A DNA stretch of 64,000 nucleotides. Origin: Vicinamibacteria bacterium (GTDB lineage: Bacteria; Acidobacteriota; Vicinamibacteria; Vicinamibacterales; JAENWD01). The number at the start of each line of letters is the position of its first letter. Within the stretch, counting starts at the first letter, position 1. Shown piece after piece: positions 34,814-43,785 of this stretch. A program made the position numbers and the translations under genes. The DNA lies in assembly GCA_963832135.1 (NCBI GenBank), contig CAWHTD010000012.1, forward strand, positions 76,902 to 140,901, in the 5' to 3' direction. The notes under the pieces are model-generated. The model had not been told where the DNA came from, ran no database searches, and saw only the letters and a list, made by a program, of their open reading frames with translations.

Positions 34814-36061
34814 GTGAGAGCCGTCGTCGTCGTGCTCGGTGACCTCGGACGCAGCCCCCGCATGCTGTTCCACGCCCGCTCGCTGGCAGCAGAAGGCCTC
34901 GAGGTCGACCTGATTGGCACGGCGGCGTCCGACTTGCCGGCATTCATTGCCGGCGACCGGCGCATTGTCGTTCACACGATCGCAGACCACGCGCCCCACG
35001 CTGGTGTGTCTTCAGCGAGGCTCCGGTATCTCCTGAGGACGGTGTTGCGAGGGGCGCGACTCCTGATGGCGCTCGCGAGCCTGCTCTGTTGGCGCCTGAG
35101 CCGTCCCGACGTGATCCTCGTTCAGAACCCGCCCGGCGCGCCCACGATGGCGGTGGCCTGGCTGGCTGCGAGGTTGCGGTCGGCTCGGCTCGTTGTGGAC
35201 TGGCACAACCTGACCAGTGCGATGCTCGCCGTGCGGCACGGTCCAGGCCATCCGCTCGTGAAAGTGATTGCGCAGTACGAGGCGCTCTTCGGCAGGGCGG
35301 CGGATGTGAACCTGTTCGTGTCGTCGCACATGCAGGAGATGCTTGGCCGCCGATTCCGGGTGCGGGGGACAGTGTTCCGCGATCGACCGGCTGACACGTT
35401 TGCTCCGCTTGCGGCCGACGAGCGCGACCGCGCTCGCACCCGACTGTTTGCCATGTTCGCCCGGCCGACGATGCGTGAAATCGCGCTGCTCGTCAGTCCC
35501 ACGAGTTGGACGGCCGATGAACACCTCGATCTGTTCCTCGAGGCGTTGACGCAATATGACGCGAGAACGCGAGCCGACCACGGCCCGAACCGGTTGCCTT
35601 TTCTCGCCGTGCTGATTACCGGGCAGGGACCGCTGAAACGTGCCTTCGAGGAGCGAGCTCGGGACAACCCGCTCGAGTACGTACACATCCAGACCGGCTG
35701 GCTCGAGCCGGACGATTACGCCCGAGCGATCGCGGCCGCCGATCTGGGGATCTGCTGCCACGTGTCCGCGTCAGGAGTCGACCTCCCGATGAAAATCGTC
35801 GACATGTTCGGGGCGGGTGTTCCCGTGTGTGCCTACGACTACGGACCGTGTCTCCAGGAACTCGTAACCCCCGGCGTCAACGGTGTGCTCTTCACGACCG
35901 CTGAGAACTGCTGCGACCGTCTCGAGAACCTGTTACGTGGGCTGCCGGCCTCGAATCCGGTTCTCGAACGACTGCGGAAAGGCGCTGCCGAATCGGCGCC
36001 CAGGACGTGGGGCGAAGGCTGGATCGCCGAGGCTCGCTCGGCGCTAATCCCGAGCCGCTGA
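34814..36061 (+). CDS. ALG1-like beta-1,4-mannosyltransferase (GT33-like)
   Basis: The N-terminus VVVLGDLGRSPRMLFHARSLAAEGLEVDLIG closely mirrors the ALG1 signature (VLGD-G-SPRM-YHA-SLA). The C-terminal part (LPMKIVDMFGAGVPVCA) is also ALG1-like. It starts with GTG. Confidence 0.8.
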   Translation: MRAVVVVLGDLGRSPRMLFHARSLAAEGLEVDLIGTAASDLPAFIAGDRRIVVHTIADHAPHAGVSSARLRYLLRTVLRGARLLMALASLLCWRLSRPDVILVQNPPGAPTMAVAWLAARLRSARLVVDWHNLTSAMLAVRHGPGHPLVKVIAQYEALFGRAADVNLFVSSHMQEMLGRRFRVRGTVFRDRPADTFAPLAADERDRARTRLFAMFARPTMREIALLVSPTSWTADEHLDLFLEALTQYDARTRADHGPNRLPFLAVLITGQGPLKRAFEERARDNPLEYVHIQTGWLEPDDYARAIAAADLGICCHVSASGVDLPMKIVDMFGAGVPVCAYDYGPCLQELVTPGVNGVLFTTAENCCDRLENLLRGLPASNPVLERLRKGAAESAPRTWGEGWIAEARSALIPSR

Positions 36062-36091
36062 TGACCAGCCGCAATACGGCAATATTGGAAC

Positions 36092-37757
36092 ATGCCAGAC
36101 CCTCACCTGATCGGTCCCGTCGCGCGAGCGACTTCCTCCAAGGCGACGTCCTCTCAGGGACGCCAACTCCCCGACGACTTGCTCAGGGATGCGTCACGCC
36201 GGTTGGGAATCATGTCGCTTGTGGCGGCAGCGCTATGGACGCTCGCAACTCTCTTTGGTCACCTCGCGGTGCGGTCGATGAGTCAGGGCGATCCCCACTG
36301 GCTCCGGCTGGGCGTACCCGACGCCATCGCCGGCTCGAGCGTGATCGCGTCCGTCCTGCTGTTTCTCTACACACGAAAACCGGACCGCGATCCTAGGCGC
36401 ATTCTGGACCTGGGACTCGCCTACATGGTACTGACCGCGGTTGACCTCGGGTTGACGTTCCATTGGGAACTGATGCCGATCGATCGGCCCGTCACCCCTG
36501 AGATCTCGTGGATCGGGGCCGTCGTGCTGATGTTCGCCGCCATCGTCCCGAGCACGCCCGCGAAAACGCTGGTCGCCGCGTTCATCGCGGTGTCCATGAA
36601 CCCCCTTGCCATGTTGCTGGCCCGTGCCAGGGGCACGTGGAATTTCAACTCCGCGACGGATGCCTTGTTGATGCACTATCCCGACTACCTGCTCGTCGGG
36701 GTCGCCGTTGTCATTTCGCACGTCGTGACGTCCCTGGGCCAGCAGGTCGCCAAGGCGCGGGCGATGGGGAGCTATCAGCTCGGCGAACTGCTCGGCCGCG
36801 GTGGGATGGGAGAAGTCTACAAGGCGACCCATCGCATGCTCGCGCGGCCCGCGGCGATCAAATTGATTCGGCCCGAGGTGATCAGCGCAGGCGATCCCGC
36901 CGGCGCGCAGCTGGCGGTGGCCCGGTTTCGTCGTGAAGCGGAATCGGCGGCCACCCTGCGCTCGCCGCACACCGTGGAGCTCTACGATTTCGGGGTGACC
37001 GACGATCAGACGCTCTACTTCGTCATGGAGCTGCTGGAGGGAATGGACCTCGAATCACTGGTGCGACAGCACGGTCCGGTGCCTCCCACCAGAGTGGTCC
37101 ACATCCTTCGCCAGACGTGCGCCTCGCTGGAGGAGGCGCATGTGCGCGGCCTGGTGCATCGTGATATCAAGCCGGCAAACATCCACTTGGGGAGGCTGGG
37201 CCTGGTCTACGACTTCGTGAAAGTGCTCGACTTCGGCCTCGTGAAGCCCATCGCCGAGCGACGCGGCGAACAATCGCTGGCCACTCAGGCCGGGCTGCTC
37301 ATCGGAACGCCCGGTTACATGGCGCCGGAGATGGCGCTCGGCGATCAAGTTGATGGCCGGGCAGACATCTACGCGCTCGGGTGCGTCGCGTACTACCTCC
37401 TGACTGGCCATCAGGTCTTCGATGGCGCCACGCCGATGCAGCTGCTGTCCAAACACCTTCAGGCCGCGCCTGTGCCGCCGTCGCAGCGAGTGGCGGCAAA
37501 CATTTCAACGGGTCTCGATCAGGTCTGTACTCGCCTGCCTCGCGAAGACTCCGGACGACAGGCCGCAGAGCGCCGCCGAAGTCGCCAGGCTGCTCGCGGC
37601 ACTCAATCTCGAACCTTGGACCGACAGCCAGGCCAGGGATTGGTGGTTGACGGTGCCCCTTGTCAGTGGCGATCTGCGCAACACCAACAACACACACCCG
37701 CGAGTCGCCTCCTCCGGCAGCGACGAGACGCGGGCTGAGAATGCAGGCGCGCCTTGA
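36092..37757 (+). CDS. Ser/Thr protein kinase (Hanks-type) with an N-terminal multi-TM domain; frameshifted near 37526
   Basis: Kinase motifs are present: GRGGMGEVYKA, AIK, HRDIKPANI, DFG and GTPGYMAPE. Subdomain XI (VLACLAKTPDDRPQSAAEV) lies in another frame (ORF 37422..37757). Confidence 0.85.
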
Positions 37758-38148
37758 ATCAAGGGCCTCGGCGCTCAGCGCTCAACCCGAGCGAGCCAGG
37801 CACTGACCGCGCCCGCGATCTCGCGTGGCGTGTCGTCGGGCGCGCGGTGACCCGCGGCGCCCATGGGCCATCGCGCGGGCCATTCGGGAGCGCGCCTAGA
37901 ACGTGAATCCGATTCGTGCGCTGAGGTACGACTGATGCGGCGTGCGTCCTCATTCTGGTGCTGAGCGTCGCCCGGCAGTTCTCGAGGTGAGCCGCACGCA
38001 GTCTTCCCGACAGTCGTGCCCCAGCGAGCGTGGCTCAATATGCACGGCTCGACGGTCATCTCCGCGCCGTCGCCGCGCGACGAAGGCACATCAATCTCCC
38101 GGCCCCTCGGTCTATGATGCGTGGTGTTCCGGCCCTGACACGAAAAGG

Positions 38149-39573
38149 ATGCACATGTACCCGAAGCCGACGAGCACCCGCCGACAGTTCATCGCGACAA
38201 CCGCCGCCGCCGCAGCTGGATTCACCATCGTGCCCCGACACGTCCTGGGGGGCCCCCGTTTCGTCGCCCCGAGTGACAAGGTGAACGTGGCAGTCATCGG
38301 CGCCGGCGGCCAGGGCCGGACCAACGCGCGTGCCCTCTTCCAGGAGGAGGACTGTCAGATCATCGCGCTCGCCGATCCGGCGGAGGAATGGGACCTCTCG
38401 CAGTGGTACTACACCGGCCTGTCGGGCCGCGGGCCGGTGAAAAAGGAGATCGAAACACACTACGCCGCCAAGACGCCTAACTTCGCGTGTACGGCTTACG
38501 AGGACTTCCGCGTCATGCTCGAGAAGGAGAAGGCCATAGACGCCGTCCTCATCGCCACGCCCGACCACCTGCACGCCTATATCTCGATCCTCGCGATGAA
38601 GGCGGGCAAGCACGTCTACTGCGAAAAGCCGCTCACGCACAACATCCGCGAGGCGCGGCTGGTCGCACGCGTCGCGAAGGAGACGGGGGTCGCCACGCAG
38701 ATGGGCAACTATGGCCGCTCGGGCGAAGGGCATCGCCAGACCGTGGAGTGGCTCACCGACGGCGCGATCGGCGCCGTGAAGGAGGTGCACGGCTGGAGCG
38801 GCAATCCGCGCACCGCCGGGTCCACCTGGCCGGGCCAGGGTCCGGCTGTCAAGCCGGCGGGTCTCAACTGGGACCTCTGGCTGGGCCCGCGAACCGAACG
38901 GCCCTACAGCGGGAAGCTTGCGCCATTTGTCTGGCGCTGGGCGTGGGACTTCGGCAACGGCACCATGCCCGACATGTCGCCGCACCATTTCGATCCCGCG
39001 TTCAATGCGCTCGGCCTCGACGCGCCGGTCACGGTGAAGGCGACGGCCTCGTTCGTCGATCCCCAGGTGACCCTGGGAAGCAACCTGGTCGTCTATCAGT
39101 ACGACGCACGCGGGAACCGCGGGCCCTTGACGCTCTTCTGGTACGACAACGGCCTCAGACCGCCGACGCCGCTCGGCATCGATCCGGACGACCCGCAGCA
39201 GCGGCTTGGCGAGGGCGACAACGGCCTCATGCTCGTCGGCGAGAAGGGAATTCTCACGTGCGCGGGCTGGTCGGGGATGCCCCGCCTGCTCCCGATGGAG
39301 CTGCACCGCTCGTACAAGCGTCCGCCGAAGACGCTTCCCCGGGTCGCAGGGCATCATGCCGACTGGCTGCAGGCCTGCAAGGGCGGCACCCCGGCGTGCA
39401 GCAACTTCGAGTACGGCGCGCGACTCACCGAGTTCGTGCTCCTCGGTACGCTCGCCCTGAAAACGGGCAAGGTCGTGAAGTGGGACGCCGAGGGCTTGAG
39501 GGCGACCAACGTGCCCGAGGCCCAGCCCTTCATAGAGGGCAGCTACCGCAAGGGGTGGGAACTGCCGATCTAA
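38149..39573 (+). CDS. Gfo/Idh/MocA-family oxidoreductase with a Tat signal
   Basis: It has a Tat signal (TSTRRQFIATTAAAAAGFTIVP), a Rossmann motif (VNVAVIGAGGQG) and CEKPLTH. The start is ATG 38149 or 38155; the listed 37942 start adds non-coding-looking sequence. Confidence 0.85.
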   Translation: MHMYPKPTSTRRQFIATTAAAAAGFTIVPRHVLGGPRFVAPSDKVNVAVIGAGGQGRTNARALFQEEDCQIIALADPAEEWDLSQWYYTGLSGRGPVKKEIETHYAAKTPNFACTAYEDFRVMLEKEKAIDAVLIATPDHLHAYISILAMKAGKHVYCEKPLTHNIREARLVARVAKETGVATQMGNYGRSGEGHRQTVEWLTDGAIGAVKEVHGWSGNPRTAGSTWPGQGPAVKPAGLNWDLWLGPRTERPYSGKLAPFVWRWAWDFGNGTMPDMSPHHFDPAFNALGLDAPVTVKATASFVDPQVTLGSNLVVYQYDARGNRGPLTLFWYDNGLRPPTPLGIDPDDPQQRLGEGDNGLMLVGEKGILTCAGWSGMPRLLPMELHRSYKRPPKTLPRVAGHHADWLQACKGGTPACSNFEYGARLTEFVLLGTLALKTGKVVKWDAEGLRATNVPEAQPFIEGSYRKGWELPI

Positions 39574-39616
39574 TCGGGTCGTCTTGAAGAATGGCGAGGT
39601 GGGAGGAGACTTCATT

Positions 39617-40099
39617 ATGGCGTTGAGCGCCAGTTCGAAAATTTTCACGCATCTCTGGTACGCGAACGAAGCGGAGGAGGCGGCAAGCTTCTATGCCTCC
39701 GTCTTCCCCGATTCGAGGGTCGACCGGGTCTGGTCGATGCCCAGCGACTCACCGAGCGGGCCAGCCGGCACTGTCAAGGTCGTCGACTTCACGCTGTTCG
39801 GCCAGCGGTTCCAGGCCATCACCGCAGGGCCTCATCATGAGTTCAATGACGCCATCTCGATCGTCGTGCTCTGCGACGACCAGACGGAGCTGGACCGCTA
39901 CTGGAATGCCCTCCTCCAGGGAGGAGGCAAGCCGCAGGCATGCGGGTGGCTGATGGACAGGTTCGGTCTGAGGTGGCAAATCGTCCCCAAGATCCTCGAC
40001 GAGCTGATGCGCGACAAGGACACGGCTCGTGCCAAGCGGGTCACCGATGCCATGCTGAAGATGGTAAAGCTGGACATCGCCGCGCTCCAGACGGCGTAG
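39617..40099 (+). CDS. VOC-superfamily protein (PhnB / 3-demethylubiquinone-9 3-methyltransferase-domain-like)
   Basis: It has KIFTHLWYANEAEEAASFYASVFPDS and CGWLMDRFGLRWQIVP, both characteristic of this small family. Confidence 0.75.
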   Translation: MALSASSKIFTHLWYANEAEEAASFYASVFPDSRVDRVWSMPSDSPSGPAGTVKVVDFTLFGQRFQAITAGPHHEFNDAISIVVLCDDQTELDRYWNALLQGGGKPQACGWLMDRFGLRWQIVPKILDELMRDKDTARAKRVTDAMLKMVKLDIAALQTA

Positions 40100-40131
40100 C
40101 ATTCGCGAGCAGTGAGACGGTGTTGGCAGAC

Positions 40132-40626
40132 ATGACGCTCTTTCAGGCCGTGTTGATATCGGCAGCGTTTCTCTGTTCTCTGGTTGCCGGTTTTCTGTTT
40201 GCCTTTGCGGCCGTGGTGATGCCGGGCATCGGGAGCCTTGACGATCGCGATTTCATCCAGGCATTCAAGATGATCGATCGTGTGATCCAGAACAATCAGC
40301 CGCTGTTTGTCGTCGTGTGGATGGGTTCGGTCCTGGCGGCGGGAACGGCGGCTCTGTTGGGAGTGTGGGAGCTCAGAGGAGCTGATCGCGCGCTCGCGAT
40401 TGTCGCGGCGGTCGTCTATCTGCTCGGCGTGCAGCTGCCCACGCTCACGATCAACATCCCGTTGAACAACGAGCTTCAGAAGCTGGAGCTCGGCACCATG
40501 AGCGAGGCGACGTGGAAGCGCGCGCGGGAGGACTTCGAGCCCCGTTGGAATCGATGGAACGTGATCAGGACCGCCTGCGCGAGCCTGGTCGCTCTCTTGT
40601 TTTTGCTCCTCATCCGCAGAGTGTGA
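40132..40626 (+). CDS. DUF1772-like (anthrone-oxygenase family) 4-TM membrane protein
   Basis: The ATG at 40132 gives MTLFQAVLISAAFLCSLVAGFLFAF. It has four hydrophobic helices and an INIPLNNEL motif. Confidence 0.6.
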   Translation: MTLFQAVLISAAFLCSLVAGFLFAFAAVVMPGIGSLDDRDFIQAFKMIDRVIQNNQPLFVVVWMGSVLAAGTAALLGVWELRGADRALAIVAAVVYLLGVQLPTLTINIPLNNELQKLELGTMSEATWKRAREDFEPRWNRWNVIRTACASLVALLFLLLIRRV

Positions 40627-40643
40627 TCGTCACTCCCGGCCCG

Positions 40644-42725
40644 ATGACACAGGCCACCACTCGATACGTCGGCGTGTGCCTGCTCGTGATGATGTGCGCG
40701 ACCGCGGCCGCGCAGCACGACACCTGGAAGGCCGACAACGGCAACGGCACGTTCTCGAACCCCCTCTTCTACGACGAGTTCTCCGACTGCGATCTGATCC
40801 GGGTCGGCCGCGATTTCTATTTGACCGGGACGACCATGCACAGCATGCCCGGACTGCCAATCCTGCATTCGCGCGATCTCGTGAACTGGCGGTTTCTCGC
40901 CTACGCGTTCGACCGGCTCGATCTGAGCCCGGCGTTTCGCCTCGAGCAGGGGCAGAACGTCTACGGTCAAGGGATCTGGGCGCCGAGCTTCCGCCATCAC
41001 GACGGCGTCTTCTACATCTTCAGCAATGTGAACGGCCAAACGACGCAACTGTTCCGGGCGACCAATCCCGCCGGGCCATGGACGCGCACGGCCATGAAAC
41101 GGTCGTTCCACGACGTGTCGGTGCTGTTCGACGATGACGGCAAGGCGTACGTGGTGTGGGGCTACCGAGGCATCCGGCTGGCACAGCTCACCGACGATCT
41201 GCTGGACCTCGTCCCGGGTTCGGAGCGCGAGATTATCGCGTCTTCCGCGGGCATGGGCGAGGGCCTGCATCTCTACAAGATTCGGGGCAAGTACTACCTG
41301 ACGAGCGCGTGGTTCCTGGACGAAATGCGAATGCCGACGGCGCGCGCCGATCGTCTTACCGGCCCATGGGAAGTCAATCAGGACGTCAGCCGCGGTGAAG
41401 ACTTCGGCTTCGCCGAAGGCTATCGGCTGGATGCACCTGCCGGCGCCGTCCAGCCGCCGTTTCACGTGCGACCTGGGAATCTCGAGTTGCCCGGCCGTCT
41501 CGCCATTCATCAGGGCGGCATCGTCGATACTTCCATGGGCGAATGGTGGGGCTTCTCGATGATGGATGCGAACTCGGTCGGACGGTTGACGGCGTTGTCG
41601 CCGGTGACGTGGACGGATGGATGGCCGTACTTCGGGCTGCCCGGCAATCTTGGACGATCGCCGCGCATCTGGGTGAAACCGCGCACCGAAGCCACCCAGC
41701 CGCTGGCCGCACCATATGTGCGCAGCGATCGCTTTTCAGCGGCGAAACTGCAGCCGGTGTGGCAATGGAACCATGTCCCGGTCGACGGGAAGTGGTCGCT
41801 TAGCGAGCGTCCAGGCTACCTTCGGCTGCATGCGATGAGGGCGGCGGACCTGCTGACCGCGCGCAATACGCTGACGCAGCGGGCCGTCGGGCCGCGGTCG
41901 ACGCCGACGGTATTGATTGACGCCTCCGGATTGGTGCCGGGCGACGTTGCCGGATTTGCCCTGTTCAATCGTCCTTATGCATGGCTCGGCGTCGTGGTGG
42001 ACGACGAAGGTCCCGCGCTGACGTACGCCACCGAAGAGCTCGGCGCTGTGACGCGCGTGCCGCTTCGATCGCGGAGAGTCTGGCTGCGTGCGTCGTGCGA
42101 TTTCCTGACGGAGCAGGCGCAATTCAGCTACAGCACCGATGGCCAGTCGTTTCAGCGCATCGGCGAGCCGTTTCGGATGGTGTTTCAGCTGATGACCTTC
42201 CAAGGCGTCCGCTACGCACTTTTCAGCTTCAACCAGCGTGACGGCGGCGGCTTCGCGGACTTCGACGCGATTGAGGTCGAGGAACCGAACCCGCGCGGGT
42301 TGACGCGACCGATCCCGTACGGCAAGGCCGTGCGATTCGTGACCGACGGAGCCATCAAGAAATGGTGGAGTGCGGAGTCAGGCGATACGCTGCGGGGGTT
42401 GGAAGGGCGAGGCACCGATTTCACGGTGGTCGACCGCGGGCTTGGTCGTGTGGCGCTTCGCTCTGCGCATTGCCTGGCGTCCACTGGCCGTGATGGGCGG
42501 CTCTCGCTCCGCCACGTCGCCCCCGGGCCCGCCGAAACCTTCCAGTGGATCGAGACGTTCACCGGCGAACTCATTCTGATGTCGCTCTCCACACATCGCT
42601 ACGTTCGCCTGGAGGGAGACACAGGCGTGCTCCGCGCCGATAGCCGCGGGCCGCACCCCAACCGACGCGACGGCGTGCGGTGGGTTTGGAGCCCAGCCGC
42701 GTCGAGGGCGGCACGTGCGAAGTAG
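40644..42725 (+). CDS. Glycoside hydrolase family 43 (beta-xylosidase/arabinofuranosidase-like) with C-terminal accessory domains
   Basis: It has a signal peptide. NPLFYDEFSDCDLIRVGRDFYLTGTTMHSMPGLPILHSRDLVNW and GIWAPSFRHHDGVFYI are typical of the GH43 five-bladed propeller. Confidence 0.85.
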   Translation: MTQATTRYVGVCLLVMMCATAAAQHDTWKADNGNGTFSNPLFYDEFSDCDLIRVGRDFYLTGTTMHSMPGLPILHSRDLVNWRFLAYAFDRLDLSPAFRLEQGQNVYGQGIWAPSFRHHDGVFYIFSNVNGQTTQLFRATNPAGPWTRTAMKRSFHDVSVLFDDDGKAYVVWGYRGIRLAQLTDDLLDLVPGSEREIIASSAGMGEGLHLYKIRGKYYLTSAWFLDEMRMPTARADRLTGPWEVNQDVSRGEDFGFAEGYRLDAPAGAVQPPFHVRPGNLELPGRLAIHQGGIVDTSMGEWWGFSMMDANSVGRLTALSPVTWTDGWPYFGLPGNLGRSPRIWVKPRTEATQPLAAPYVRSDRFSAAKLQPVWQWNHVPVDGKWSLSERPGYLRLHAMRAADLLTARNTLTQRAVGPRSTPTVLIDASGLVPGDVAGFALFNRPYAWLGVVVDDEGPALTYATEELGAVTRVPLRSRRVWLRASCDFLTEQAQFSYSTDGQSFQRIGEPFRMVFQLMTFQGVRYALFSFNQRDGGGFADFDAIEVEEPNPRGLTRPIPYGKAVRFVTDGAIKKWWSAESGDTLRGLEGRGTDFTVVDRGLGRVALRSAHCLASTGRDGRLSLRHVAPGPAETFQWIETFTGELILMSLSTHRYVRLEGDTGVLRADSRGPHPNRRDGVRWVWSPAASRAARAK

Positions 42726-42728
42726 GCG

Positions 42729-43221
42729 TTAGGCGTCGAGGAAGAACGTCATCCCATAGCGCGGGGGCCGCCTCCGCATACCGAGCCCCCACTTCGGCGA
42801 GATTGTCGGGGCAAGTCTGCCGCAGATCATGGCAGCACTCGAGGGTCTCCTCGAAGAACTTCTCGATCCCGGCCGGCGTGAATGTGAGGATCATCCGCAC
42901 CGGATTCTCGGAGAGGTTGCGGAAGCAGTGGAGGACGCCCTTCGGCACGTTCACGAAGTCGCCGGGTCCGGCGACAATCCGCTCGTCGCCCAGACGGAAG
43001 GTCGGCGTGCCGTCGAGGACGTAGAAGGTCTCGCTCTCATTGAGGTGGATATGGGGGGGCGGGCCGCCCTGCGGCGGAACGATCGCCAGCATCGAGAAGT
43101 ACGCCCCGCCCGACTCCTCGCCGGTGACGAGGAACGTGTAGAGGTCCCCCGGCCCCCAGAACGATCGCCCCTCCGCATGCCGCCGGTGAAACACCCTCGT
43201 CTGCCTCAGATTCTGCGTCAT
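42729..43221 (-). CDS. Cupin-domain protein (3' end apparently frameshifted near 42762)
   Basis: The cupin core is PPHIHLNESETFYVLDGTPTFRLGD...GDFVNVPKGVLHCF. The listed ORF runs on to 42571 as Arg-rich junk overlapping GH43. Skipping one nt yields ...AEAAPRYGMTFFLDA* with a stop at 42729-42731. Confidence 0.7.
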
Positions 43222-43785
43222 GTCTCCACCCTTTCATCGACGCCCGGAGGCGATAGGCTCCGCATCGGACGCAAAACACACGACGCAGGTCTAAAGACCT
43301 GGCCCCATGCATCGTTGCGAGACGGAGTATCTGAGCCGGACGAATTCCCTGTCAAGTTGACGGCTACCGCCCGGTCCCGAGTGGGCGACTCTCGCACCAG
43401 GAGTCTCACGGCTTGGGTTTGAGAACATTTGGACAGGTGGAGGGCACGCTACGCCCGCAGAGCGCGTCCCGTTTCGGTCGGTGCGCCCGCCATCTCCAGC
43501 GCCTGCTGCACCTGCTCCCGCTCCACTCGCAACTCAACCCTGGTGATGTCCGGTCGGTCCGACCAGGAGTGGGGTCGGCAAGAAAGAGGCCGCGTTGGAT
43601 CGCGGCCCAGGCCGGAGAGTGAGACCTCGCTCACACTCGCGCTGGTCGAGCTGTGTGCGCATCGGTGCGCAGTGTGTGCGTAGTGTTTCAGTGGACAGCC
43701 GCCGTGCCGCGATGCGCTCAGGGCCTGTTCGCTCGAGGACCGCATGGCGCTCTGTTTGCTCTAATGGCCGAGAGGTCAGAGTGTC

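Noticed and set aside
43222-43785. The intergenic region between the cupin and epimerase genes, with several 60-110-aa ORFs and short palindromes (for example TGCGCATCGGTGCGCA). I checked it for tRNA, sRNA or mobile-element remnants.
   Set aside because: I could find no cloverleaf-compatible sequence, terminal inverted repeats or transposase-like translation. The ORFs are low complexity.
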